From Tubiluchus corallicola (lineage: Eukaryota; Animalia; Priapulida): a stretch of 64,000 nucleotides of DNA. The DNA is taken from assembly GCA_030141605.1 (NCBI GenBank), contig JAQGDQ010000137.1, positions 372,001 to 436,000 of the forward strand, read 5' to 3'. Made by a program: the position numbers and the translations under genes. Under the pieces are notes generated by a model, which ran no database searches, was not told the origin of the DNA, and saw only the letters and a list, made by a program, of their open reading frames with translations. Shown piece after piece: positions 10,801 through 22,300 of this stretch (its first letter is position 1; each line of letters starts with the position of its first letter).

Positions 10801-12907
10801 GACAGAAGATTCGGCATTGGGTCTTTTTCTTCTGGAAAGGTCTTTGTCCAGTATAAGAGTTGCACATAACTTGTACTGGTTGCTGAAACAAAATGCTGAT
10901 GACGAAAGATTTAGGTATCGATATGAGCTTATGCAGTGTGCTCTACTATGTATTTGCGGTCAGCAGATGCGAGAAGAGTTTGAACACCAGTTACTCCTGA
11001 TGGAAGTTTTAAGTGAAATTGCCGACAAAGTTAAACAGGCCAAAGAGTCCATTAGAATGAACGTATTAGTGCAGGAACTTGACGTGCACCTATCTCCATT
11101 ACTGGCTAGTAAATCTGTTCGTTTGCCACTCTCTCCTTCTCTAGAAGTTTGTGGTATAGCATTGAAGAATTGCTTTTACTTTAATTCATTTACATTACCT
11201 CTCAAAGTTGCTTTTAACAGTACAGAACATACAGCACCAGCAATTCATACCATCTTCAAAGTCGGTGACGATCTCAGACAGGACATGCTAACAATGCAAA
11301 TTGTGCACATTATGGATAAATTGTGGCTCTTAGAATCCTTAGACCTGAAATTAATCACATTCAAGTGTGTCGCAACTGGTAAGAAACAGGGTTTGGTAGA
11401 ACTTGTTAGCGGTGCAGAAACTCTGAGGATCATTCAAGTTGAACATGGGTTAACTGGTTCATTTAAGGATCGACCTATAGCTGAATGGTTACAGAAACAT
11501 AACATGACTGAACTTGATTATCAGAAAGCAGTAGAAAATTTCACTTTGTCATGTGCTGGTTTCTGTGTAGCTACCTATGTTCTTGGAATTGGAGATCGAC
11601 ATAATGACAACATAATGTTAACTCATGCTGGGCATATGTTTCACATTGATTTTGGGAAATTTTTGGGCGATGCTCAGAAATTTGGTAATATTAAAAGAGA
11701 TAGAGTGCCTTTTGTGTTGACACCTGACATGGCATTTGTTATAAATGGTAGTGACAAACCAACGAGCAAATTTCAGAGGTTTGTTGATTTGTGCTGCCAG
11801 TCTTTTAATTTGCTGAGAAAACATGGCAATCTGCTGCTCACACTTGTGTCTTTGTTGTCTATGAGTGGCATTACTGGTGTTTCAGTTGAGTCAGCCAAAT
11901 ACGTTCAGCGATCACTCATGTTAGACTGTACTGATGCTGAAGCAACAGTAGCATTCACCAGAATGATTGACGAAAGCTTAAAATCTTGGTCAACACAGAT
12001 AAACTTCTTCATTCACAACTTAGCCCAGTTGCGTTTCTCCAGTGATCATTCTTCTGGAACTATACTTTCATTTATCCCAAAGACGTATTCGATGAAATCT
12101 GATGGCAAAATTGCTTCTGTGGAGGTTTCTGGTTTTCAGAAACGTTATGACCCTGAGAAATACTATGTTTATATCTTAAAAGTTACGAGAGAGTACAAAA
12201 CAACTCCATCGTTCGTATTCCGTCGTTATCGTGAGTTTGCTGAATTTCAAGCGAAACTTTGTGTGTTGTTTCCTCTAGTGAAATTGCCATCCCTGCCTAA
12301 GCGTACAAGTGTTGGTCGAACTCAGGTAAAGCAAGTGGCAGAGAAGCGCCTTGTTGTGATACAGGAATTTCTTCAAGCTTTGTTTTCCATGACTTCCGAA
12401 ATAACACGCTGTGACTTAGTCTACACATTTTTCCATCCTATGCTGCGCGACCAGGAAGAATATAACATTAGTTCACTTCACAGAATTACAACTGCAAGTG
12501 AAGAACATCCACCGCCAGGTAGGGTGGGTGGTCAAGTAAAGATCTCGATTCGATATCACAAAGACGTGTTATTAGTTATGATCATGCATGCTAAAGATTT
12601 AGTGAGCTCAGATGGCAAAGAACCTGATCCATATATTAAGCTATATTTGCTACCTGACCCTTCAAAGATAACAAAACGCAAAACAAAGGTGGCTCACAAA
12701 ACTTTCCACCCAACGTACAATGAAATGATTATGTACCGGCTTCCATTTGAAATTGTCAAGACGCGAACACTGTCAGTTACCGTATGGTCATATGATATGG
12801 TTAAGGAGAATGATTTTCTTGGAGCATTATATATCAATCTGAACTCACTTGATTTGTCCTTAGATACAACTGATTGGTATGAACTACAAAGCTTAGCTGT
12901 AGCATAA
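7847..12907 (+). CDS. PIK3C2A: Class II phosphatidylinositol 3-kinase (PI3K-C2alpha / Pi3K68D-like), 1686 aa, single coding exon
   Basis: First ATG at 7847 (the ORF track starts at an upstream GTG). N-terminal DLERAKQLSLE motif, clathrin-box-like DLIHF/LIDFD, PPPRPPRP, Ras-binding, C2 and helical regions, kinase motifs FKVGDDLRQD, GIGDRHNDN and HIDFG, then the C-terminal PX (FRRYREFAEFQ) and C2 (PDPYIKLYLLPD) domains diagnostic of class II. Confidence 0.97.
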   Translation: MASQGTPPFMSQQSADGEADRYLADLERAKQLSLESAKLEEMQREFNRECRGQLKSPTGANEAEDLIHFSAAEIQIRDIKRNLSESNFKTLEREFSSNFSDFDLLGSTVPPRWQVPGSDTNRASAKTGKVAILPLEESGETDSAGKMSPVHLTTNDEFSNLFDLHFSAVQRTNDSVNASNFGQITTSVQPNLSMVSKDYPAESSNVSNQFQAFYCEKKSLAPANTTYCVDIGANVSLARERSQTLLYDPWQLAPEPPASFHSGLHKTKKSKRSDSLHLIDFDDDSSDLLQAFDPLMAASSSQRKEPLFEKVAPQSSFEDDFVTPSSVTEKQKPSSPPPRPPRPVLPRQIQPTLRVRHAAKTEDRVYEPLRVIQVERKQDAVLRCFIDKVLMLRKGFYYNDTMTNAGFVISPVIENINCGRTSVKLVVNTPLQPEQPLIFSCDIHTSIEHVISQILCLILDDITGYSTDQYVLKVQSCAEFLARDSILADYEYVQICRRFDRDVCFTLLEISHLSQPLARSAKDDRQITWTDSPELLKKSNTVSYETIVILLETFEKEVEKFQAHMFKQKSEVLKVSGMVQAVKALCTMLNGLETNDISQAIDSLKEAAQERSLKSDVTNLHESGGKTIADTSRNSFLIFVIEQLQEAVRKLVSVYCNMFLPNFTIADIEVDHQGYKQITDMFDNLIICVLTLHRIPQSWKTSYTCFRLACGVFHGSRRLCADVWTKTAKVTSSFFDLIFFDEWLQFPSVSLYTLPRESRLVMKLYGIKIVPPDNKNEVEKQLQEVAGWVSLDLFDLENKLTNGPHLLGLWHDRSVEPVGPRASNLLEKNSSILHVELPEFGYDVVFPPVTETHTSVSRDYSLLNETMQQKIEEVLARDILTFCTLEENKLLWENRDYLYGVPGALPRLLQAVPGWNWASLPDIYCLLGQWKNSYPLTAIEALEFLLPHYADSEVRKVAVGWLQAISSDELCDYLPQLVQALKFERTEDSALGLFLLERSLSSIRVAHNLYWLLKQNADDERFRYRYELMQCALLCICGQQMREEFEHQLLLMEVLSEIADKVKQAKESIRMNVLVQELDVHLSPLLASKSVRLPLSPSLEVCGIALKNCFYFNSFTLPLKVAFNSTEHTAPAIHTIFKVGDDLRQDMLTMQIVHIMDKLWLLESLDLKLITFKCVATGKKQGLVELVSGAETLRIIQVEHGLTGSFKDRPIAEWLQKHNMTELDYQKAVENFTLSCAGFCVATYVLGIGDRHNDNIMLTHAGHMFHIDFGKFLGDAQKFGNIKRDRVPFVLTPDMAFVINGSDKPTSKFQRFVDLCCQSFNLLRKHGNLLLTLVSLLSMSGITGVSVESAKYVQRSLMLDCTDAEATVAFTRMIDESLKSWSTQINFFIHNLAQLRFSSDHSSGTILSFIPKTYSMKSDGKIASVEVSGFQKRYDPEKYYVYILKVTREYKTTPSFVFRRYREFAEFQAKLCVLFPLVKLPSLPKRTSVGRTQVKQVAEKRLVVIQEFLQALFSMTSEITRCDLVYTFFHPMLRDQEEYNISSLHRITTASEEHPPPGRVGGQVKISIRYHKDVLLVMIMHAKDLVSSDGKEPDPYIKLYLLPDPSKITKRKTKVAHKTFHPTYNEMIMYRLPFEIVKTRTLSVTVWSYDMVKENDFLGALYINLNSLDLSLDTTDWYELQSLAVA

Positions 12908-15779
12908 AGTCAACCAAAAGACATGAAATTACGAACTTGGAACAGTGTCTGTAAATGTATTGTAAATATATATTATGTGTTGAACGTCATTTAGTATTGT
13001 TTGAATGCAAATTTGCCATGTGTGGTGCAGTATTAATGATTATAGGTGGTGCTCCACCTTCGATAATGCCAAATTTGTAAAGTTATTAGGTTGTAAAGAA
13101 TACTGCAACTAGTCTTTTTCTGTACAATAACAGTTTGTAATGTTAGTTACAACACCGTCTAGCTTTTGATGTTTTAATTACATGAAGTTTTGTATATTAG
13201 TTAATGTAGTTGGATAATTAACTGTTGTAGGTGGATTATAAAGTTATTAATGACAATATGCTCTATTTTGACAAGGAGATATACTTAACTCTTGTGGCTG
13301 GCTTTGAAAAAATACATTAGAAAAAACCAAGTCGAACCATTTTTAAAACTGATTTCATTCTATGTTAATCGTAGGAATTATTTTCGTCACAGGGTAAAAT
13401 AAAAGAAGCATGTATTTTGTTTCAGCATGTTAAACAGGCATGTATTGCAAGTAACATATGTCAGGTTAACTGCAGTCAAAGCATTAGGTCAGATTTTTAT
13501 AACACTGCATGATATACAAGGGTTATACACAGCAAGTTTACATTTGCATGCTGTAATGATGGAGTACTCCCCAAAAAAGGTTTCTTTGAAACCAATCTTG
13601 AGTAAAGGGAAGGAAGGACATGTGAGAAAGTCGTTACTTTGCCTGGAGTGATGTAACATTTTCATAGATCTTATTGCTAATGCTATAATTTTTTTAACAT
13701 CTTGTAAAAAGCTAACAGTTTTCTATATCTTGTTAAACTGTAACTTTAGAAGCTAAATAGTTACAGATAATTTGGAGAGAAATGTGGCAATTTAAAAAAT
13801 GTCTGAATTTTTAATAATGATTATAAATACTTCGCAGAATTAAGGTAGTAATGCAGTATTATGCCAATTACAAAGTCCAAAATCCTAAATGTTTATCACC
13901 AGTTTTAGTTTTGATGTACTTGTATATGATTAGTAGTTGCACGTTAGCTTAGGATCGCAGATCCCGTTGCTAAGCAAGTCAGGTGTTTGAGAGGATGAAC
14001 TATCTATTTATTATGTTACACCATTTTTGTTTTCTGTTAAAATTTAAATGAAGTAATGCAAATTTAATTTGCAATTTTTGCAATGGTTAATGGTTATTTG
14101 GGCATTAGTATGTCCTTTCAGCCAAATTTTACATTGATGAGATGTTTAATATGTAGGTGTATGAGCTAAACACTGTAAATGCTGTAAATGAACATTTGAT
14201 TAAAGAGGATCCTGTAGTTTCACATAAATTTTATTATTTTAATATATATGTAATTGATCCACATAGTAATTCCACATAATACTTGTTATTCTGTAAATTA
14301 TCAACAAATGTGGTCTGAGTATATTGTACATTAATCTTTGTATATAAATTAAGTGTAAATGAATGAACAAAATTAGGTAATCATTTTTTCTCATGATATG
14401 TTTGTGAAGTGTATAGTGTTAGACAGTGTGTCAACAAATGCATTAATTTAAGAAAAGACATGTGAACGGATAGTATACAGTAATTTAAGGAAAAATTAAA
14501 TTCGGAAAAAACTGTTAAAACATTTTTGTCAGATTATAATTTTAGTGCCATCATCAGCACTTCTGTAAGATTTGAAATAGTTGTAACTGACTTTTTTCGA
14601 AATGTAATCGCTGTTATGTATTATTCACTTCACAACTTGCACGGACAGTCTTTCATTTGCGTGATTATAGATAATAAGCTAACTTTTAAATATTTTTGTA
14701 TATATAAAACTTATGAACTAGGCTTAGATTATATTATTAAAACTTGTTGAAGATTTTGCTGCTTTATGCAAACGTTATATCTATACTATATTGATGCTTA
14801 ATATACCTATAGACAATAAATAAGTATGATTGATAGGCTTGATGATAACTACGTATAAATTTATTTCAGCAAAATAAATGTTTTGCACATAGTTTACTGA
14901 CTGAAAATGTTCTGTTTTAGTTTAACACATGCTTTATCACAGTTGTGAGAGACTAACATATTAGCAAAATACAAATTCAGTGTCATTTAATGTAGCTGTG
15001 TAACTGTAAATTTCATGACTTGTTCATTCTTTCAGCTTAATATAAGTGTAGGCAGCATCCTGAGCTCATCATATTATGTCAACAGATTTCTTTATGCATT
15101 TTGGAATATAGCACTATTGTAAGTACTCCCGATCTACCTTGCATTTTGGTTTTGTAGGTTTGTAAAATGTACAGTCATGCTTTACAATTTTATATGTTCT
15201 GAATTTTTAATTTGGTTTTATAAATTAATAGGCTATGGCAGTTTTCTAGTTTAAAGATATAAATAACAATTACCATACTGTAGTATTGCTATGTTTCACT
15301 CGAGAAAAACCAACTGTCTCGCAGTCAATAAGAACATTTTCTATGTAAAACGAGCTGGAAAACTGAAAGGTGTGGCGACCCTTGCCTCCAGAGCCAAATT
15401 TTTGTTGTTTTGTTTGTCAGTACACTTTTCTTATTAGTAATGGTCTTGTGTCTATTTGCAGGAATTGAAATTTTCTGGGTAGACTTACTCGCTCAACTTC
15501 TTCATTTGAAGATTTAATTTGCGCACGCTTCTTGAAATGCAGTTTCTTTCTGCTTAATTGCAGAATGATTTATAAGGCCATTGTAAGCCTTGTTACTTTG
15601 TCAGTTACTCGCCTTTATCTTTCTGAAAGAAGTTTGCCTATATCTTTTGTGAGCAAATAATTAAATTCAGGTCTTTTGTTAAATATTATTTTTTTAGATG
15701 CTGCGAAAGGATATTATTAAATTTTGCTGTGCAGTAACTGTATGCTTTACTGCACACTGCCAATAGGAATGTCTGCATA

Positions 15780-15985
15780 CAGTCGAACCTCGTTATGTTG
15801 CCCGTCTTTATACTGCTAACCTCTTGTAATGCCCAATTTTTTTGCAAAACAAAATTCCCATATTGGCATATATATGCATGTATTAATGCATCTTGTTATA
15901 ACGCCAAACTCGCTTAACACCAAACTCACTTAACACAACTTTTTTTAGAGTCCTAAAACAATCAGTATATAGAGAGGTTTGACAA
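15780..15985. mobile_element. Tc1/mariner (pogo/Tigger-like) MITE
   Basis: TA|CAGTCGAACCTC ... GAGGTTTGACAA|TA: imperfect TIRs with TA flanks, no ORF. Confidence 0.7.
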
Positions 15986-16650
15986 TACTTAATACAGTAA
16001 TGTTTTTTTCTTCTTCACAGATATTTTGTGAGCTGTAGGCTGCAGATTTGCTTTTGCAGCTTTGCTCATTGAAAATGCAAGACATTTTTTAATTCTGCAA
16101 TTGAAGCCCAAAATGATTTTTGTGCTAATCAATTGTGTTTAAAAACACGTCACCAGGGTATGATGCTCCATTTGTGCATATCGGGTATCTGTTTCATTCT
16201 CCGACCATTGACATGCATTGTCAAATCACTTTCTCTGTGTGCATTATTGGTAATAAATGTGATGTTGTTTTGAGTGAATTAGAAAAAGAGAGTAAATAGA
16301 GATAGATGCCTCTCTATCAACATTTTGAGCCCTCCTTATAACATAGTGTTGGTCTGGCAATGACCCATTTTGAGTTTAATTAATTACTGTTGTGACCTTC
16401 TTAATTACTAATTATGCAGATTATTGGTAATCATTTACTTTTTCATTTCAATTCCTGCAGATAGACAAAATTTTGCTATCATAATGTTAGAACAACAAAA
16501 AATTGTCGTGCAATGTAACTTACCGATATTTTTTACTATTATCAGTCATTACTTTTGTGTTGCAGGTTAAATAAATACCAGCATCTAGCGAGCAGTTGTA
16601 CATTGCAAAGTGTGGTACTTTGGCTTAGCTGAACCTTCCTAGTGCCAAAA

Positions 16651-18867
16651 ATGACTTCAGTGACATTTCATCAATTGTTGTTGTGGCTTTTTGTCTTGCT
16701 GGTTTTTATATGTCGGACTGAAAGTGCTTTCTCAGTGATGTCAATAGATTTAGGCAACGAATGGATGAAAATAGCTATAGTTAAACCTGGAGTGCCTATG
16801 GAAATAGTTTTAAATAAGGAATCACGAAGGAAAACACCAACTGTTGTGTCTTTGAAAGATGGAGAAAGATTATTTGGAGAAGCTGCCGCAGCGGTTAGTG
16901 TGAAATATCCGAAATTCGCTTATAGTTACCTTCTAGACGTGCTAGGAAAAACAGTAGATCATCCTCTAGTGCAGTTGTATCAGAAACGATTTCCTCATTA
17001 CAGTATAGTACCACACGAGCGCCGTAGGACGGTACTATTTCAGCACCCAGACGGTGCTTTGTATAGCCCTGAAGAACTAATAGCAATGATATTGTCTAAA
17101 GCTAAAGAATATGCACAGGATTTTGCTGAACAAGATATTAAAGATGCTGTTATCACAGTTCCAGCTTATTTTAATCAGGCTGAACGAAGAGCATTGTTAA
17201 ATGCTGCTGAAATTGCCGGCCTAAATGTCCTGCAGTTGATTAATGATAATTCTGCAGTTGCTCTTCACTATGGCGTTTTTCGACGTAACACTTTTAATGC
17301 AACCGCACAGAACATCATGTTTTACGACATGGGTGCCACTAGCACCGTGGCTACTATTGTTGCATATCAGCTGGTGAAAACTAAAGAAGAAGGGACTATT
17401 CCACAGCTCACTGTGAAAGGGATAGGCTACGACAAAACATTAGGAGGCATGGAGATGCAGATGCGGCTTCGTGCTCATTTGTTGAAGCTCTTTAATCAGC
17501 ACAAGAAGACGTCCAGTGATGTTGCTTCTAGCCCTAGAGCGATGGCAAAGCTGTTCAAAGAAGCTGGCAGGCTGAAGAATGTGCTAAGTGCCAACACTGA
17601 ACACAAAGCACAAGTAGAAGGGCTTATCGATGATGAAGACTTTCATGCACATGTTACACGAGCCGAGTACGAGGAACTTTGTCATGATTTATTTGACAGA
17701 GTCGCAGGGCCTGTCCGTCAAGCTCTTGAATATTCGCAGATGTCTGTTGACGAAATAGACCAAGTCATCATAGTGGGAGGTAATACGAGGACACCCACTG
17801 TACAGGATATCTTATTAAAGACTATGAAATTGAAAGACTTGGGAAAAAGTGTTAATGCAGACGAAGCCATTGCATTAGGAGCAGTCTATCAAGCAGCTGA
17901 ACACAGTAAAACTTTTAGGGTAAAAAAATTTGGCATACGAAATGGTAATCTTTATCCAATACAAGTTCAGTTTCAACGCGAAAAAGATGACGGACAGAAA
18001 GGTGAAATTAGAACTGTAAAAAGAACTTTATTTGGGCACATGAATACGTATCCGCAGAAGAAAGTCCTAACGTTCAACAAGTATTTTAGTGACTTTGACT
18101 TCAAAGTCATTTATGGTGATGCAAATTTCTTGCCACAACAAGACAGGGACTTAATTGTAAATCACAGCGTTATTACTGTAGCTTTGACAGGTGTGGAAGA
18201 GTCATTAGCAAAGCATAATGATGATAAATCTACTTTCAAAGGCATTAAGGCTCACTTCCGAATGGATGATAGTGGAATTCTTTCTCTAGATTCTGTTGAA
18301 GCTGTCTTTGAAAAGGAAATGGTAGTAGCTGAAAGTGAATCGACATTTTCTAAGTTAGGAAAAACGTTTAGTAGTCTTTTTGGTGCAGACAGTAAAGCGA
18401 GTGATGATGAAAAGAATACCACTGAAACTGGTTCTCAGAATGCTACAGAAATGAATGCTGAAGAAACTGGAAGTAAAGTCAGTGAAGGAAATGCAACAAC
18501 TGATGAAAACATTGAAAAAGGTGAACAGAATAAAACAGAGGCAATAGCAAATGATACAGCCAAAATTGAAACAATTAAAGAAGTGATTTCAGCTGAACAA
18601 TCCATAGTTGATGTACTTGGAATGACAGAAGAGGACCTGGGTGCTTCAAAAGCTGTGTTGAAAGAACTAAATGATAAAGATGCTGCAAAAGCTGCTATAG
18701 AAAAGGCTAGAAACTCTGTAGAATCCTTCATTGTTGATTTTCAGTCTAAACTTTATGAAGAATCTTTTGAAACAGTAACTACGGAAGATGAGAGAAACTC
18801 CATCAGATCTGTGATGTCAGAAGTTGGGGACTGGTTGTATGAAGATGGGAGTGATGAAACCATTGAT
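16651..18867 (+). CDS. HYOU1: Hypoxia up-regulated protein 1 (GRP170/ORP150, ER Hsp70-family), coding exon 1
   Basis: ATG at 16651, hydrophobic signal peptide, VMSIDLGNEWMKIAIVKPGVPMEIVLNKESRRKTP, TVPAYFNQAERRA, FYDMGATST, IVGGNTRTP, NADEAIALGA; phase-0 donor GAT|GTGAGT at 18867/18868. Confidence 0.96.
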
Positions 18868-19000
18868 GTGAGTATACATAATGTGGTGTAAAAAGGACAC
18901 AAAAATTGTGCCTTTTAATGTTTATTGGAAGCCAGAATTAAATATATGGCATAATGTTTTTCCTTCAACTTAGTTAACTTTTGTTTTGGCATGTTGCTCT

Positions 19001-19057
19001 ACAACTAGATATGTTAAATACACTTTGAACAACTAGATATGTTAAATACACTTTGAA
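19001..19057. repeat. 28-bp tandem duplication in the HYOU1 intron
   Basis: acaactagatatgttaaatacactttga occurs twice in tandem. Confidence 0.9.
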
Positions 19058-19178
19058 ACATTTTTATTGTATTATGTTTTTTGAGACAGCAATCTTTATA
19101 ACATACGTATGCTATTTCGTCTCTCATGTGTAAACATTTAATTCTGTCAAGTGCTTAACACACTGTTGTGTTTCACAG

Positions 19179-19931
19179 GTTTACAAAGGCAAGCTTAAAG
19201 AATTAGAAACCTTGACAAGGGACATTTCATTTAGAGAGCGTGAGCTGACTCAGAGGCCAACTGCTCTTCAAGCATTAAAAGACCTGCTAAATTTTTCCAA
19301 CACGTTTCTTGCTGCCGCTAAAAAAATGCCAGAAGAAGATCAAATTTATACTGAAGTTGAAATATCTACCTTAGAAAAAATACACAATGAAACGCAAACT
19401 TGGAAAAGCGACATGGAGGTTCAGCAAAGTCGTGTTTCGCCAACAGAAACACCAGTGCTCCTTATTTCCGACATTGGCGAAAAGTTTGCAGCTTTAGATC
19501 GAGAAGTTAAGTACTTGCTCAACAAAGCGAAATACGCTAAACCTAAAAAGAAACCAGCCGACAAGAAAACAAAAGCAAATGAATCAGAATCTGCGGTGAA
19601 CGAAACTGTAATCAGCGAGGAAACAGTTTCTGCCGAAGAAACTGAATCTGTTGTCAACAAAACTGTAATAGGTGACAAGACTGTTCCTGCTGAAGAAACT
19701 GAATCTGTTATTAGTGAAGGAGATACAGACAAACCAGAAGCTCCTAAGGAAACTGAAGATGGGGAAAGAATGGATCCAATTTATGAAGAACTCACAGATT
19801 TTTTTGAAGCAGAAAGTCACACTGATTCTGCCAAACAAGATGAAGGAAAGGTTGGTGATTCTAAAGACTCGGATATACCATCAAAAACGGAGCCAGACCA
19901 TCATGGCCACGAACCAGATGACGAATTATAA
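19179..19931 (+). CDS. HYOU1: HYOU1 coding exon 2 (spliced protein about 989 aa, C-terminal DDEL ER-retrieval signal)
   Basis: Acceptor tttcacag at 19178; in frame with the 19212 ORF; LDREVKYLLNKAKYAKPK; ends PDDEL*. Confidence 0.95.
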   Translation, partial: VYKGKLKELETLTRDISFRERELTQRPTALQALKDLLNFSNTFLAAAKKMPEEDQIYTEVEISTLEKIHNETQTWKSDMEVQQSRVSPTETPVLLISDIGEKFAALDREVKYLLNKAKYAKPKKKPADKKTKANESESAVNETVISEETVSAEETESVVNKTVIGDKTVPAEETESVISEGDTDKPEAPKETEDGERMDPIYEELTDFFEAESHTDSAKQDEGKVGDSKDSDIPSKTEPDHHGHEPDDEL

Positions 19932-21068
19932 GGTTGTCAAGCAGGAGAAAAAAATCTGCTTTATTTATTTCACTATGTGTTGTCTTCATACTTTGTTTTT
20001 GTGTTGTGCAGATGTATTTATTTACTTGCAGCAGTTAAATTTCAAACAGTTATTTGTATATTTTGCTATACATCCGTTTAGCAGGGCTATCAGCTCATCA
20101 TTCAGGTTTTTTCTCCTGCTGTTGAAAATGCATCTTGTGATATTTGCATATGTGCATAACACGTGTAACTTTCTTCATCATTCCCAAATATTCCAGCGTT
20201 TGGTTGCACAGTTCAACAATACATATTTTGTTTGAGTCAGATTCACTGTTGACAGATGCATTTGAATCAACAGAATATTGCTGTATGCCTACAATAATTT
20301 TAGAACACTTTGTTACAATGTTTACACCGAAGTTAATGAAAAATTGAGAAGCAACAAAATACATTCGTCAATTTTAATAATGTGATAGGATTATCGAGTC
20401 CACTGTGTGTTCAAATGTTTGTTACAGTTGGTTTGTGAAAGAAAGCGAATCTTTAATGTAACCATTAAAATTCTGGTTGAGGTAACAAAATTTTAATCTC
20501 TGGCTGTTGGTTTAGTATACTGGTAAATACTAATGTAGCTACATTTTTTAGTCTGTGTGCAAAGCATACATGTATTAGAACAAGTAGAACATTGAAAGAC
20601 GCCTGACAATTAACAAATTGCTGCATGGGAACAGACGATCAGTTAAAGATGGAAAACTCCACAGTTACTGATATATAATTTGATATTACGTATCTACTTA
20701 ATTTGTAATCCAAAAGTTAGTGGCACAAATTTGGGCTAATTGTCCCGACTTTTGCGCTTTATTTTTCTTTTTATGTTTGGTTTCTAAATTTAACTGTTGC
20801 ATTATCCCATCTTGAGAAAAGGAAGTTTCACTTGTAGAAACTCATTAATATTTTGAATATTACAAAATATGTACAATTGCATAGTGTGTGTACATTATCG
20901 AACTGAAAATTGTCAACTAAAATCCAACACAAATAAAGTAAATTTGGCTAAATAAGGGATGTGAGGAGTGTCTACATTTAACGCACTTGACCTCATGGTC
21001 TTGAAGGTTGGGAGTAGACACTTGATGGTCTATATATAGTGGTCAACTTAGTCACCTTAGTGCCGCTC

Positions 21069-21133
21069 CAGGGCTCGATTAACGCATAAGCAGACTAAGC
21101 ACATACCTAGGGCACCAAGATTCAGCGGGCACC
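21069..21133. mobile_element. hAT-like terminal fragment (partner end not found)
   Basis: CAGGGCTCGATTAA..TAAGCA..TAAGCAC..TAGGGCACC resembles the terminus at 57490 and a similar fragment near 38920-38985. Confidence 0.4.
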
Positions 21134-22039
21134 ATTTTATTATTATAACTTTTATTTTTAAAACACTATACTTCTATTTCCAGGGATGTGTTTTAAAATT
21201 GCTAAAGACATTTACAAAGCATTAAACATATTTTCATACATAATTTTAGAATCTAACGCATTACACACAATGAAAGACAACGATCACATACAATAGACAC
21301 AGTTGCAAATTATAATCCATCACATTATACATACAGAACAAAAGATCTCGAACTTATTTTAATACATAGTCACAAAGTCTACACGCATTACACAATGGAA
21401 AAGAATGAGTACAATTATAATAAACAATTACCAATTCTAATTCAATTACACGTAATCATAAATAAAAACAAAGCGGCATGATAATAATAGACATTAGAAG
21501 ACTACTTAATTTCGCACTCTGAAAGTGTTCGACTGTACACCAAAAGCTGAATTTATAAATTCTAGCATATATTAACAAAACAAAGATCGTAACATAAGAA
21601 TATAAAGACGAAAATGACCATATAGATAAAATGGAGTTTTTTCTAGTTACGTATTGCATATACTGTACATTGTGTTTTTCAAGATTTCAACTTGTTTGTT
21701 AAAATAGTTACAGAAAACTCGCGTGGGCTGTACAATTTCTTCACCAACAGACTGTTTATATAGGCGCGAAAGACGATAAGAATTCATCCGAGATAAGATT
21801 TGCAAAAGCATTTATAGCATTATTATATCGGCTAGAGAAAACAGTCCGAATCAAATGTAGCCAGAGTGCTAATAAAATCGTTTCTATTGGTTTGGTTTAC
21901 TAATGTACATTCAAATAATAAATGATGTATAGATTGAGGGCTTGTTAAGCAGTTATATATACTATTAGGAGCATGCCCAATTTTGTACAAAAAATCCTTA
22001 ATATTACCTGCTTAAGTAATAAACTGAAAGCCAACACGT

Positions 22040-22300
22040 CTAATTTTCTTTTGCGTAAAGAGACGGAATAGCATGGGCGTGTTAAAAACTTTTATCTGGT
22101 TAATACTGACGCTTCTACATTGGTACTTATGGCGTTATCTATTTGTCCACATATCAACTCTAATTTTTCACGAGACGGGCGAAAATTACAGCCGCTTCCA
22201 GTTTTCATAACATCATATATAAGATCATCAAAAAAGATTTGTTTGCGCACCATCCAAGCTGGTGCACCATACAAAATGATAGGTATAATATGAGGGTTCT
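22040..22300 (-). mobile_element. Degraded non-LTR retrotransposon ORF2 remnant
   Basis: Translates to ..HIIPIILYGAPAW.., matching the post-RT 'IxPxLxYxxxxW' motif of LINEs; contains stops. Confidence 0.5.

Noticed and set aside
8068-11824. Multiple minus-strand ORFs within PI3K
   Set aside because: Antisense shadows of a long coding frame.
18868-18891. ORF-track C-terminus VSIHNVV* of HYOU1
   Set aside because: Read-through into the intron; splicing at GTGAGT restores the full protein ending in DDEL.
19672-20235. 187-aa alternative-frame ORF over the HYOU1 end
   Set aside because: Frame-shifted shadow of a low-complexity acidic tail running into the 3' UTR; no motif.
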